A DNA stretch of 64,000 bases, taken from positions 238,452,001-238,516,000 of the forward strand of contig NC_067401.1 of assembly GCF_016432865.1 (NCBI RefSeq). The letters run 5' to 3'. Positions 49,351 to 62,139 of this stretch are shown here, piece by piece. The translations under genes and the position numbers were made by a program. Within the stretch, counting starts at the first letter, position 1; the number at the start of each line of letters is the position of its first letter. The notes beneath the pieces were generated by a model. That model searched no databases and was not told the origin of the DNA. It saw only the letters and a program-made list of their open reading frames with translations. The DNA is from Antechinus flavipes. Its lineage: Eukaryota.

Positions 49351-49757
49351 ACTCAACGACTGACTTTCTGAGGTGGGGATCTCCTCTAACTGGTTGACCT
49401 GCCATAGAAATATCCTAGCTGCAAGAAACCAGAGAAATAAATTAGTACAACTATTTCATTTTCAGATGAGGAAATTGAGAACCAGTGAGGTGAAATAACT
49501 TGCTCATATTGCATAGCTAGCTTGTGAAAAAGCTAGAGCTAGAACCTAATTTTACTGACCCTCAGTATAATATTCTTTCAGTGATACCCTTGAAAATTTC
49601 TACTATTAAAATTAGATTTTGTTTTCATGAAAAGACATGTTTTATAAACTTAACAAACCATCAAATAAGATAAAGTGTGTTGGACATGTTTGCTATTTTA
49701 CTTTAATGTGTTAAAAGTGTTAAGATTTTCTTTTTAATAAATTTCCATGTACAAGAA

Positions 49758-50005
49758 GGGCAGCTAGTTGGCAGTAGATAGAATGCCAGGTCTGGAGTCA
49801 GGAACATCTGAGTTCTAATATTACCTCAGGCACTTTTTAGCTATCTGATCCTGGATGAGTTCTTAATCCTGTTTGCCATAGTTTCTTCATCTGTAAAATG
49901 AGTTGGAAAAGGGAATGGCAAACCACTTTAGAATCTTTGCCATGCAAACCATGGAGATAATTATGAAGATTCAGGCCCAACTGAAATGACTGAATAGCAA
50001 CAACA
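49758..50005 (+). mobile_element. MAR1-type SINE
   Basis: gggcagctagttggcagtagatagaatgcc...ggaatggcaaaccac...ctgaatagcaacaac. Confidence 0.85.
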
Positions 50006-50049
50006 GTGTTTAAGAGGGAATTCACCTAGTGTCTCAGAGGTAACAGCAT

Positions 50050-52000
50050 ATAATTATGCAGTTTAGAAGCTTGGCATTGAATAATTCAGCAAGTTTCTCT
50101 GTTTCTACTTAGTTGCCTACTTAGAATCTCTTCCTAACCTCATTCTCCCCCATCCTTTAACTCTCCTCCCTCTCCTCAATTGTTGCCATGCCTTTAATGT
50201 TTACATCTCAATATGATGCTTACCTATTCCCCATTACACTCAGCCTTCCTCTCAGCAGCCTATTGGCCTCTTGGAGATAAAGCCATTCTTTTACCTCATC
50301 TTTTCCCTAACCTTGTCACTGTCATTTACTAAATTCCAGGTTGGTTTTCTTTCTTCCTTATTGAATTTTCAACCTTGTATACAAACTTTATTTTAAACTG
50401 TCCCGGGACATATCTTCAATATCCATTGGAAAGCTCACCTAACATCCTGATTATATGTCTTCTATTTATGGCCTCTATCTTAATTCTTCTTTGAATTCCC
50501 CTCCTCTCCCCCAACACCAACATCATCCTCATCATCACCACATAGCACCTATATAGCATCTTCATCACTACATCACTACTTTCAATGCATTACTCTTATT
50601 TTGTCTCCACTGATTCCATGGTCATCCATTTCTATGATCCCATGTTCTTACTTTCATTATGGAGTTCCTCTCTTTTTTTTAGTATTTTACCACTCCTGCT
50701 CTATTAAATCCAATTCTGGGTAATTTTCTTCATTTTTTTTCTCACTCCTGCTCTAAGGTCAATCTCTAAGTGTTGCTGGATAAAGTTGTAAACCTCTGTT
50801 GATGGGTTTGTGATACCTAATCTCTCTATTCTCACTATTGCATAGAAGTCTTTTTTAAAAAAAAAATCAGTTCCTTTTCACATTCCTTATAGAAGGTCTT
50901 CAAGCCTTCTCCACTTTCTCACTTTAATATTTGCCCCCTCATTCTAAGTAGGTGCTTTCACTATCCACTTTACTGAGAAAGTTCAAGGACCATTGATTTA
51001 CAGGCATCTTATCAGCTCTTTTAATCCATAGTCTTCTTCTTTGGATTTTCCTCTTTTCCACTTGTTTTAAAATATTGTCCCTTGTCTTGGCTAAGGTTAG
51101 TTTTTCCTTTTATGCCTTTGACCTCATCTTCTAAGGCTCTCATGATCAGTCATCCTTTATCTCTCTTGCATTTTATTTTTTTCCACTTGTAAAAAAATAA
51201 ATTCATATATGCAAAATAGCTTAATTAAATTTTAATGTCAATTTCAAGTAGACAAACATAAGAAATTTAGTTGATTTTTAATACCACTACAATATAATCC
51301 TATTGAATCAATCAAGATATCAAACATTCTGCTATCTTAATATACAATAAAATACATCTAAAAAGTTTACCATTTCTAAATATTTCTAATTTTATATTAT
51401 TGGCATAGCTACTATAGTTGCACATAATTTGTGGGTATTAATTTTGTATTCATATATAATAAACATAATCTCAATATTCAAAAGAGTAAATATTTAATTA
51501 AATACTGCATAATTATATTCAAAAATAACAAAAGGACAACTTCTGTATTGAAGTTTCTTGTAAAGGTAGCATATGCAAACCATTCATTGCACATAAAGGA
51601 ACATATTCTGATTTTAAGACATGGCTTGCAATTTGCATTGTTCGAAAGAACTTCTGAACTGTCTCTTGCACCTTAAATTTCTCCCCCTTCACTGACCCCT
51701 TCTCTGTAAAAACACTTCTCTTGACCCAGATACTCTTCAATTTACTGTCCTATAACTTTCTCCTTCATTGCCAAAGAGTAGTCCATGCCCACCCACTTCC
51801 TATACTTCCTTAGTACTCAACTTAATCCCTAACTTCTTGCAATCTGTTTTCTATTTCTACCACTTACTGAAAAGTTTATAAAAGCCTCTGAATTCTCCTA
51901 CACTAGCAAACTTTATTTTTCACTTATCTTTCTTGATTTTTCTGTAGCATTTAATATTTAATATTCTTGATTCCTTTCCTTCTTGGTATATTCTCCTCTC
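50050..52000 (+). mobile_element. L2 LINE ORF2 region (pyrimidine-rich), interrupted at 51171-51661
   Basis: CT-rich L2-like strings (ttgtcccttgtcttggctaagg, aatctgttttctatttctaccac, ttgatttttctgtagcattt). Confidence 0.6.
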
Positions 52001-52005
52001 TTGCC

Positions 52006-52152
52006 TTTTCTTTTGTTTTTTAGATTACTGTGTCCTTTTTTCCACCCAGATCAGAAATGCAGTGGTCAATCATGGGCTAGCACTAAAGCTTTGACTTGGT
52101 CCATATCTGATCTGAGCCAGCTTTCTCCTTAGATAGCTTCATGGTCTCCTGT
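52006..52152 (-). mobile_element. 7SL RNA-derived retroposon (P7SL-like), 3' half
   Basis: cacccagatcagaaatgcagtgg...agctttgacttggtccatatctgatctgagccag...ctccttag aligns to the reverse complement of 7SL (gcccaggctggagtgcagtgg...gttttgacctgctccgtttccgacctgggccgg...ctccttagg), with a T-rich tail at left. Confidence 0.75.
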
Positions 52153-52659
52153 TACTGGTCTTTATCTAGATGATCTAAAAGATCATCTTTGTATTCTAAC
52201 CTATGATCCTATAAGTCATTTAGTAAATATTTATTAAATGTCTACTCTACCAAGCAGTGTTCTAAGTACTGAGAATATGAAATATAAAAATGATAGTCCC
52301 TGTTCTCATGGAGCTTATATTCTATCCTGTCATATCATTTTGATTCAGGTGTTCACTGCATTTTATCTGGGCTAGCCTCCTATAGGCAGAGAGCATATCT
52401 CTCTGCCTCAGTTATACTGCTCCTATCCCATACACTCCCTTCACCCAATTCCACTGCCCAGACAAGCTTCCTAATTCACAGTTTTGTTGATATGACTCTA
52501 CTTTTAAAAACTTTAATGAGTTCTTATTAGTTATTGAATAAATAAAAACTAGGCTCTATAGCCTAGAAATTCTTCACAATATAATTTCCTTCATTATCTC
52601 ATATTACTGCCCTTTATATAGTCTTTATTCCATCAAAACTGAACTATTTGCTATTCTTA

Positions 52660-53180
52660 GGATATACGGGATATTTAGAGAGGACTGGTACTTCTAGTCT
52701 GAGGGTTTTGCCTAGCCCTTTTCATGGCTACTGACCCACTTTTGGTGTCTACCTAGCTCTCACCTGTGGCTCTAAGAAACTGCAGCATGTGCAGTAGCCT
52801 GGTAAAACTGATAGATGGGCTAAACCAGGTTAAGAGTAATTTAAACCCAATCAGTGAGTTAAAGGGATGTCTTCCTCAAGCATGTGAATGCTTCCCCTGG
52901 TGGAATGTCAAATAAAAACATTTTTTTCCAATGGTCATGAAAGTGACTCAAACAGGCACTATAGAGTGCTTACTTGGTCAGACATCAAAGAAACCAAGGT
53001 CATTCACTGTATCCTGGTCTATTGCCAATTGTTGATTTTTGTCTTGACACTGGGCTTCAATGACTTTGAAAGACATTTGTGGTTGAAGATTTTGTGCAAC
53101 TCTGACTCACTTAAATCCAATTCATGTGAAAGTGAAGACATTATCCATTAGTCCTTTTTGAAAACAAGGGGTGAATAACA
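52660..53180 (+). mobile_element. WALLSI-type RTE-derived non-autonomous retroposon
   Basis: ctctcacctgtggctctaagaa...gggctaaaccaggtt...cacttaaatccaattca...; ends in an RTE-like tail with aacaac repeats. Confidence 0.75.
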
Positions 53181-54424
53181 AACAACTCACTATTCCCTGA
53201 AATTGACCTTTTCTGTCTTTTCTCTATCCTTTGTTCAGTTTTATCCCTGGAATGCATTACTTCCTCCTTGTTCCTTGTCTCTATATTCTGAAATCTTTTC
53301 CATCATTTATGACTTCCTTCAAAAGCCACCTCTTTCACATAGTTATTCCTGAAATGCCAAATGGAAGTACTCTTCCCATCTCAGAAATCTTTGTAACATA
53401 GTGCTTTTTTTCCTCACCTCATTTCAATTCAATTTGACAAATATTTATTAGTTATTTACTATATGTAAAACAATATGTTAGGTATGAAGGGGGAAAAAAA
53501 GATAGATTTGATAGAAGCTTTGCTTTCAGGTAGCTTATGTTTTCTTGGTTGGGGACAAGTACAAAAATAACTATGAAAGAAGGGATCATGGGACAAATAA
53601 AAAAGAGAGCACCACAAAATACTTTGAGAAATATGAGAAAGGAGAGCTCATTTTCTTCTGGGGTTGAGGACAGTCAAGAAAGCCTTGAAGAAGAAGGTGA
53701 GTTGAGTCTTAAGGGAAAGGAATGATATTCTAATTTATAGCTATTTGTCTCTTTGTTTTCCCCTGATAAAAAGCTTATTGAGGGTAGGGACTGCATCTTA
53801 CGCAGTGACTGTGTATCTATACAAAGCCTGATGTGATACTTTGTTTAATAGGCACTCAATAAATCTTTATGTTAGGATTTTTTGATTGATTATAGATTAT
53901 CTGGGCTTTCTGGATTCTGATGCTAAGGAAAAAGGGACAGATCAAGGTGAGTTCAAGGACAGTTGTTACTGACCTGATTTATCACTTATGATAGATTCAT
54001 CATATAGTATAGGTAGAACATACTCCCTGACATGTAGGGGAAAGCATAGGCAATACTACTTCATTACAATGATGCCCATTTCTTTCTTTCTTGCTCTCTC
54101 TTCCAAGGTTAATAAAACTCTTAGAAGCAGTGTGATTAGTGCAAGTCTTCAAAATGCCAGCAGGAAAAACTCTACTTCTTCCTCATTTTATGTGCTGGCT
54201 ATCAGCAATCCTAAAATAGGAAAGAGGTAAAAATTTCTGGGGGTGTTTTCTAAAGCTGCTACTTTCCTGTCCTCACAATATAGTTGTGTGATTGTTCTCT
54301 CTGCACTTTTGTTAATCATATTGAGTTTTGATAGCTATTATTCATAACTCAAATTTATATGAAAGATAGATCTTTTTGTTTTGTTTTGTTTTGTTTTTAA
54401 AGAATGAGCTTTCTTTTCAAAGAA

Positions 54425-54975
54425 GTTGCTGTTCATCCTTTGTACTTGAAGAGGTCCAATGACATCATGTATGGGTTTGGAAGTCTGTATCATAGGTTGG
54501 GCACAGGTAGTTCATTAAAATATTTGGGATGGATTTACCTCTAGATTTGTACATCTCAAGTTTCCCCTGTGTTTCTGTGATTCTGCTCATAGAGCACAGC
54601 ATCTTCTTGTATATGGGCATGCCCAGCTGAGTGGTTCTGTGTCAGGGTCTCCCATGTCTCACAATTTATCGCAAAGTTCTTCAGAGAGAACTTCATTGTC
54701 CTTGTATCACTTCTTGAACTTCTATGTGAGCACTTGCTTTGTGTGAGTTCTCTGTAAAAGAATCTTTTTAGCAAATGTATGTTTAACCTTCAAACAATGT
54801 GGCCAGCCCATCAGAGTTGTGTTCTCTGCAGTAGACTTTGAACTCTTGGAGTTCAGCTCGAGAAAGCATCTCAATGTCCGGAACCTAATCTTGCTAAGTG
54901 ATCTTCAGAATCTTCCGAAGATAATTCAAATGGAAGCTGTTCAGTTTCCTAGCATGGTGTTGGTATACTGTCCAG
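54425..54975 (-). mobile_element. RTE-clade LINE 3' end (decayed ORF2 C-terminus)
   Basis: Minus strand reads WTVYQHHARKLNSFHLNYLRKILKIT*QD*VPDIEMLSRAEL, then FYRELTQSKCSH...WETLTQ, matching the RTE ORF2 C-terminus with stops and frameshifts. Confidence 0.88.
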
Positions 54976-55798
54976 AAGTAGCTTTCTTAAAGAATGAAAA
55001 GAAGAAAGATTACTTAAATTTAATTCAACAGTTCAGCAAACATTCAATAAATGCTTACTATGTATAAGACACTGTGCTAAGATTACAGACATACAAATAT
55101 AATACTGACATCTGCTCTGCCTTCAAAGAAATCCTTTTCTACTGGAGTTGGGAATTTGAGGGGTTGGGGAATGGACAAGGGAATGGCAATACAGAATACA
55201 TAAATTAATATAAAATCTGATAGATTTTGTAGATTGTGATAGAATACAAAGTGTTCTAAGAATATTTGAGGAGGAAAAAATACTTTTAGCCAAGGTAGAG
55301 AAAGGGATATAGAACAGCTACATGGAAAAGATAGCATCTAACTTGAACCTTGAAAGAAGGAAAGGATTCTGAAAGAAGGAAATGAGATGAATGCATTTCA
55401 AGTATGGTAGATGACCTGAATGAATAGATTGAGGAAATAGCATGCAGAGCTTAATGACTAACTAATAATTCCATTTAGCTGGAACCTATAGTGAATGAAT
55501 TTATGTGTATGTATATATGCACATACATGTCATATACATGTATGTGTACACATAAATATAAGTATGCATATGTTTACATATACCTATATTTGTATAAACA
55601 TGTACATATATGAATACATGAAATAAAAAGTAGAAAAGTAGGTTGGAACAAGATTGTGGAGAGTATTATTAGGCTAGAGAGTATATTTTTATCCTAGAGG
55701 TAGGAAATTACAAGGAATTTCTGAGCATGGGAGCACCATGGCTGATCTTATACCATGGCAAAATCATTTTGGAAATTGAAAGCAGAGAAGTCAATTAA

Positions 55799-55930
55799 NN
55801 NNNNNNNNNNNNNNNNNNNNNNNNNNNNNNNNNNNNNNNNNNNNNNNNNNNNNNNNNNNNNNNNNNNNNNNNNNNNNNNNNNNNNNNNNNNNNNNNNNNN
55901 NNNNNNNNNNNNNNNNNNNNNNNNNNNNNN
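55799..55930. other. Assembly gap (132 N) inside L2 sequence
   Basis: Direct reading. Confidence 1.
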
Positions 55931-56214
55931 AACTTGACCAGGAGTTATGCAAATGGAGGTCACAAGCAAAGCAAGAAACAAGAGGACCTTTTTACAGAAG
56001 ATAGAATCCAGGAGTTGACAGGAATTGACTGGGGCGATCAAAGCTGACTAGAAAGATGTACTGCCATTTTGCTGGAAGCCATGCTGATTGTTGAGAGCTG
56101 ATTGGCAGAAGAAAAGCAGTTGTATTTTTTAGTGCCATCTACAACACAAATATGCAGCTATGTGATTCAATGAGAGTATTAGGACTGAAGTCAAAATTAT
56201 AGTTTTTTTTTTAC

Positions 56215-56385
56215 TTCAAATGCTGCCTCAGACACTTATTAGCTATGTGATCCTGGGTGAGTGATTTAACTCTGTTTGCCTCAGTTTCCTCTTGTAAAAT
56301 GATTTGGAGAAGGAAATAGCTTTGCCAAGAAAGCTCCAAATGGGGTCACAAAGAGTCAGACATGACTGAAAATGACTAAACAGCA
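56215..56385 (+). mobile_element. MAR1-type SINE (5'-truncated)
   Basis: ctcagacacttattagctatgtg...aaatggggtcacaaagagtcagacatgactgaa. Confidence 0.85.
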
Positions 56386-56632
56386 CAGCTTGAGTCCTTT
56401 CTGGTTTGAGAGTGAAAAACAGAAGGGGGAAACAAAGCCTTTCCATCTGCTTTGCTGAAAGGGTTTTTTGAAGAGCTGGATGGGAATAGAGTATATGATC
56501 CTATTTCTATCTACAACTTGAGATGGAGAAACTCCTCAGAACTCCAGAAGAGATATAAGAAATCTTAGCAGTTCTATTTTTTAGGGGAAATACTTGACAC
56601 ACAAAACACATAATACTTTCCCAGTACACTGC

Positions 56633-56635
56633 TGT

Positions 56636-56678
<43 letters not shown>
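56633..56678. repeat. (TG)n microsatellite
   Basis: Direct reading. Confidence 0.95.
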
Positions 56679-56681
<3 letters not shown>

Positions 56682-56847
56682 AAAATGGTTTTCACTATGT
56701 CATCGACCTAAGAATAGTAGAGAAGTGGCTTTGTCAGTAGCTGACAATATAATTTATACATAAATTTATATACCATTGCACATTGGTGAGAGATTGTTGT
56801 CTACTTTATTCGTAAATTGTTATTTTTTGGTTGTTCTTACACCCACA

Positions 56848-56849
56848 TT

Positions 56850-56916
<67 letters not shown>
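56848..56916. repeat. (TTTC)n tetranucleotide microsatellite
   Basis: Long uninterrupted TTTC run. Confidence 0.97.
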
Positions 56917-56917
<1 letters not shown>

Positions 56918-58199
56918 TTTTTCTTTCTATATTTTTGTAACTATAAAGTATACAAAAAGTATTTAGGAGCTATAGTGGTGAGCAGGAGGAATGTATACCC
57001 CTTATAACAGGATTCTTTTAGAATTCTCAGTTTTTGAACCAGTAGCCACATAGCTACTCCTCTGTTAGTACTATCTCCATCTGCCAGCAAGGTTTGAGTA
57101 GAGTGAGTTAAACCAGCTTCTGATAGAAAGAGTGATTCTCTAGAGAGTTGAAGTTATCACCATACCTAGCCTACAAGATGATAACTGAGCCTATGGGAAT
57201 AGGAAAAATCATTAAAGAAGAAGCTGTAGGGAGAGATACTCACATATAGGAAACAACTTATGGATAGTGAATGAACAAAGAAAATAGAAAAGAAGAAAGT
57301 AGAAAGATATTTAGGAAAATATAATGACACAGAAGTTGGAGAGGAGAGAGTATCCATTCAAAAACTTCAGTTCAAATGAAAATTTTATTCAAAATATTGT
57401 GTATAGTCAAAGGTAGTATGAATAACATATGCAATGTCCGTTGCTATTCATGGAAGGTAAAAATGGAAATCCTTAGATCTGACTCTAAAAATTTAACCTT
57501 TAAAATTCAACTTGAATTTATAAATGTAGTCACGTACTATGCATATAAAGTAACTTGTCTCAGTCTATCTTAAAATCAGATATCTTGAAATGTAGAAGGT
57601 AGGCTCCCTATGGGCATTCATGAAACGTATCTAAAAGCAAGACCAGATTTGAGAAGAATTTCTTCAACAGTATAATGCATCAGTAATAATGTCAGCTATT
57701 GGCAAATGAGCTGTCATGTATGAGATTGACCTAGATTCCAACAAGGACTTCACATTTTTACCTGTTGTTAGATGAAGATAGAAAAAACTACAATAAAGAA
57801 GATTCAGCTATTTTGTTGATCTTTGGAAAGGACTAGGTTGTTTCAGGGAAGAGTGGGTTCTATATTTTACTTAGGCTATATCTACAAAGAGCAAAATAAA
57901 GAGGAATTTCCCCTATTATTTGAATGAATTAGTTACTATTTTAATTATATTAAGCCAAGTAATTCTGAAATTTTATGAATTCTGTTTCTGTGAAATCAAA
58001 ATACCTTGAAGCCAAGGACTATTCCATTTTCTCTTTGCATACACAATGATTATAATATTGCTTTGTACCCAATGGGTGTTTACTAAGTATTATAAAGAAT
58101 GACTAAATTAATATTATTTAAAATTTTTATTAATTCTTATTTGTGATGATAGATGGGAGCATTGGAATGTATAATGAAAATAGCAGCTAAAAATCACTT

Positions 58200-58910
58200 G
58201 TACTTGTGAAGGAAGAACTACAGAACTCTTCTTCTATATGGGTATAGACCTTGATCCTTTGGAATAGGTACATGTGCTAGAAGAAACTGGCCATTCCCCT
58301 TCAAAATTAATCTGTAAAAACTGGAGAGCATCCTGGATGAGAGCAGCCACCAGACTAAAGAGACTTAAGTATATATCATGGGAAGGTCAATGAAAAGAAT
58401 GAAGATGTTTATCCTAGAAAAGAGAAGACTCAGGATAGACTTGCTAGGTGTTCTCAAGAGTTTAAACATCTTCCCTTTGAGCATGTTTAGAGGAATAAAG
58501 ATGTCAGGAAAGACTTCTTAAAGATTTATTGTGTTCAGATGTCTTTTACTTCTATTCCTCTTTTTGTGATCCTATTTGGGGTTTCTTGACAAATATACTA
58601 CAGTGGTTTGCCATTTCCTTCTTTAGTTCATTTTACAGAGGAGGAAACTGAGGCAAACAGAGTTAAGTGACTTGTTCAGGGTCATATGGCTAGTAAGGGT
58701 CAGAGATCAGATTTAAACTCAGAAAGATGAGTCTTCCTCATGCCAGGCCTGGAACACTATGCCTTGTACCATCATTAGAGCTATCTAAAAATGTAAGGGG
58801 CTATTTTGAGATATAGTATATTTTCTTCATAAAAGGTTTTCAGGCAGATTCTGATCAAACACTAGTCAGGTATGTTAGTGGACATTTCTTTCAGGTATGG
58901 GTCAATCTAG
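58200..58910 (+). mobile_element. L3/CR1 3' region interrupted by a minus-strand MAR1 (~58510-58780)
   Basis: aaactggagagcatcc...gatgtttatcctagaaaagagaagactcagg... and ctttcaggtatgggtcaatctagat at the end. Confidence 0.65.
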
Positions 58911-58911
58911 A

Positions 58912-59040
58912 TCAATAGTTTTTAAACTTTTTGGTCTTATTATTCTTAAAAATTACCAATGACCTTCCTACCCATCCAAGAGCTATTGTTTATATGGATT
59001 GTGGTTATATAAATAGTGTTTTAGTATTATCAAGAAAATA
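58912..59040. mobile_element. hAT-type DNA transposon end fragment
   Basis: caatagtttttaaactttttggtct...ttcttaaaaatta...aagagctattgtttatatgg resembles Charlie-group termini. Confidence 0.45.
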
Positions 59041-59044
59041 GCTA

Positions 59045-60710
59045 AAAACCCAGAAAAAACACAATTATATCTCTATGTGCAAAAAAAATCTTTGACAAAT
59101 TCCAACAAGCTTTTATGACAAAACACTTAAAAAATAGAAATATAACAGAGGTTTTTCTCAGCAAAGTATAAAGTATATACTTTAATCTAAAAACATGTGA
59201 TAGACAAACATTAAAACATCCCCACTCAAAACATAAATAAAGCATAGCTGTTTATGTTTACTGTTTTAATTTGACATAGTATTGGCAATTCCATTAATTG
59301 TATTAAGACAAGAAAAATAGAGGATTAACTTTAGAAGCAAAGGTATCAAATATCATTATCTTTAAAAGAATATAGATTATTAGGGTAGAACTGAATATGA
59401 TGTGATTCTAAAAAAGAAAACCAAAACCATGTTGGAAACACAGAGGAATTAGATGGCAGGAAGCGGTAAATGGGGGTTTTCAGAGCCCTATTCTCATTGG
59501 GAATGGGCTAAAGAGGGAGCAATACAAATATATCTAGAAAGGTAGTAAACTCTTCTAAACTCAGAAAGAAGTAAGAAGCTAAGGGAATAGGGAGGGAGAG
59601 AATAAGGATGAGATTTTTAGAGAGAACCCTATTCACATTATATTAGGGTTAAAGAGAGACAACATAGGGGCAGTTAGGTGGTGCAGTGGATAGAGCACCA
59701 GCCCTGAAGTCAGGAGGACCTGAGTTTAAATCTGAACTCAGAAATTTCTATTTCTAGCTGTGTGACCCTGGGCAAGTCCCTCAACCCTGATTGCCATAGG
59801 GGAAAAAAAAAAGAGAATGAGAACATATGCAGTTAGAAGGTAATTTAAAGTCTTCTAAATTTATAAAGAAATAAGAGGGTGAGAGACAAGATAAAGGGGG
59901 CTGTTAATGGAAATGAGATAAGGTATGTAAGGTAATGGAAATGGGATAAGGTTAGTAAGAGAGGATAAGGGAAGGATTCTTGGTGGATTTGGTTAAATAA
60001 TAGGAGGTCAAGGAGATGGACAGAAGTAAAGCAAAGGAATCAGGAGGGATAAAAAATAAGAGAAACACAGAAACATAAAATAAAGATAAGGATTATAATT
60101 TATTAGGTTAAAACAAAAGCAGATTTCAGAAAAAGTTAAAAGTAAAATAGAGTAATCAAAATAGAAAAATAGGGAAACTACCTTACATATCAGCCATATT
60201 AATCAATATTGTTTTGGGCTATTTAAAATAATTAGACAGTATAAGATTGGAGTATTGCTATAGTGTAGAAAATGATGAGTTGGTAGATTTAGAAACATAT
60301 GGAAAGACTTGGACTTGTGAACAATGATGTTATCCACCTTCAGAGAAATGGAGAACAAACAAGTGTATTATATAGATATAATATGTGATTATAGATATAT
60401 ATGTGATTATAGATATCTATGTATGTGTATATATACATATAAATATATCTGTGCTTAATTGTAACCTTCTCAAGGGGAACTAAAGGGGGAAAAGAAGCAA
60501 AAAGTAAAAAATGCACAGCATAGAACAAAGAAAACATGGCCAGCTCTGAACACAATATGTAGTATTTATCATTTAGGCTTTCTTGAAATGGAAATTTATT
60601 GCTTTATATTTTGAATCCTCTCATTTTCTATTGTGCAATTTTTCTATTTTTTTCTATTTTGTATTTAAGTTCTGAACAAATAAATAAAATTTAAAAAGAA
60701 GAATATAGCT
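59045..60710 (+). mobile_element. Mosaic of L1 fragments: RT region (59045-59400), purine-rich inter-ORF-like region, 3' end (60240-60710)
   Basis: tctctatgtgcaaaaaaaatctttgacaaattccaac (decayed ISIDAEKAFDKIQH) and attaagacaagaaaaatagaggatt (IRQEKEIKGI-like). Confidence 0.7.
59667..59812 (+). mobile_element. WSINE1-type SINE
   Basis: ggggcagttaggtggtgcagtggatagagcaccagccctgaagtcaggaggacctgag...ccctgattgcc plus A tail. Confidence 0.9.
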
Positions 60711-61034
60711 TGTGCTAAGAATGTTTTTTAAGGTTGGGATGGACTAGATTATTGGTTCCCAATTTTTATTTGTTCCATGAATTTCTTTAAACAACAACCA
60801 AAAAATGTGTTGTAAACTCTCATGATAATTTAACTACTCACAACATTTTGCAATTATTTTCCATTTAAGGGACAATTAAATAATTTTTAGCATAAATTTC
60901 AAAAGGGTTAACAAAGCATTGGATGAAATAGACACTGAAGTACTTTTCAAATCCAAAATTCTGTGAGAGGGTAAGACTTTAAAAGTTCTGGTGTGTAACA
61001 GCCTGTTTTAATTAGATCCTAGGTATTCTGGTCT

Positions 61035-61220
61035 AAGTGCAGCTAGGTGCCAGCCAGGAACACCTGAGTTCAAATTTGACTTCAGACACTTGTGTGACCC
61101 TGGGCATCTTTCCTCAACTATAAAAGGAACTGCAGAAGGAAATGGCAAACCATTTCAATATCTTTGCTTAAATAGGATCATGGAAAGTTGGACATGACTA
61201 AAATGACTTGAAAACAAATT
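61035..61220 (+). mobile_element. MAR1-type SINE
   Basis: cctgagttcaaatttgacttcagacac...gaaggaaatggcaaacc...gttggacatgact. Confidence 0.75.
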
Positions 61221-62139
61221 CTGACCCACATAATATAAAATCAGTAAAATGTCCAGAATAATCCTTTCAACATTTATCTTGGAATGCAAGATTTCTTTCT
61301 AGAAACTACTACCACTTTGAAAAGTTGGGAAGCAGAACTAGGAGTGAGGACAGAAGTTCTGTCTTCATGCAAGAGTGTTGAAAAGGACCTAAGACTGAGA
61401 GGAAAGAAGAAGGCTAGCAGAATGGTAAAGCAGATGGGAGAGAGGCTGGTTAAAGAGAAATATGGCAAAGAGCCAGAGGGAAGAGGCTGGCACCAAAGAA
61501 AAATGCAATATCAGAGCACTGGCTTGGAAGAGTGAATTCCAAATCCTTTCTTCTTGTTAGGTCCCCCTATAGTATCACTCTAAATAAGCGTTATTGTATA
61601 AGGCCCCAAGAGGAAAGTGGTCTATGAGTGGGAAAGGACATTATGACTTTTTTTGGGATTCTGTTCTATGTCTTTACTGTGCAAATAAAACTGCTCTGTT
61701 GTGAGAGTTTTTGAAAAGGACCTATTGGCTACCTTTGGGAGTGCCAGATCCAGAAATTTCCAGCTTTGATTCCAGTGAAGACAATAAGCCAGATTAGTAA
61801 GAGATCCCCTAAGCACTTTATGTTCAGAATGTAATTTTTTTGAGGGGGTTATTTCATTTTTTTGGTGTTTATATCCTTAGAACCTGGCATATAGCAGATG
61901 TTGAAAAGATGCTCTTTGATTGATTTAGGAATTACTTGGCTTTGGGGTGCACGATAGAATGTTTTGTTGTTGGATATTGTTTGCCTAATTGATTCCTTAG
62001 ATTATTAATTAAATTAATATTTATTTGATATCTATTGTGTACAATACATTATACTGAACAGTAAGGATAGCAAACAAATCTAATTCCTACTTCCCACCCT
62101 AGAGATATATTTTGGAAAATAAGAAAATTATATTGGTAA

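Noticed and set aside
54556-55067. ORFs 54556-54774 and 54819-55067 as host genes
   Set aside because: Sense and antisense translations of a decayed RTE ORF2 with in-frame stops.
59667-59740. tRNA gene (A/B-box-like sequence)
   Set aside because: It is the tRNA-derived head of a SINE and continues into the CORE domain; no cloverleaf.
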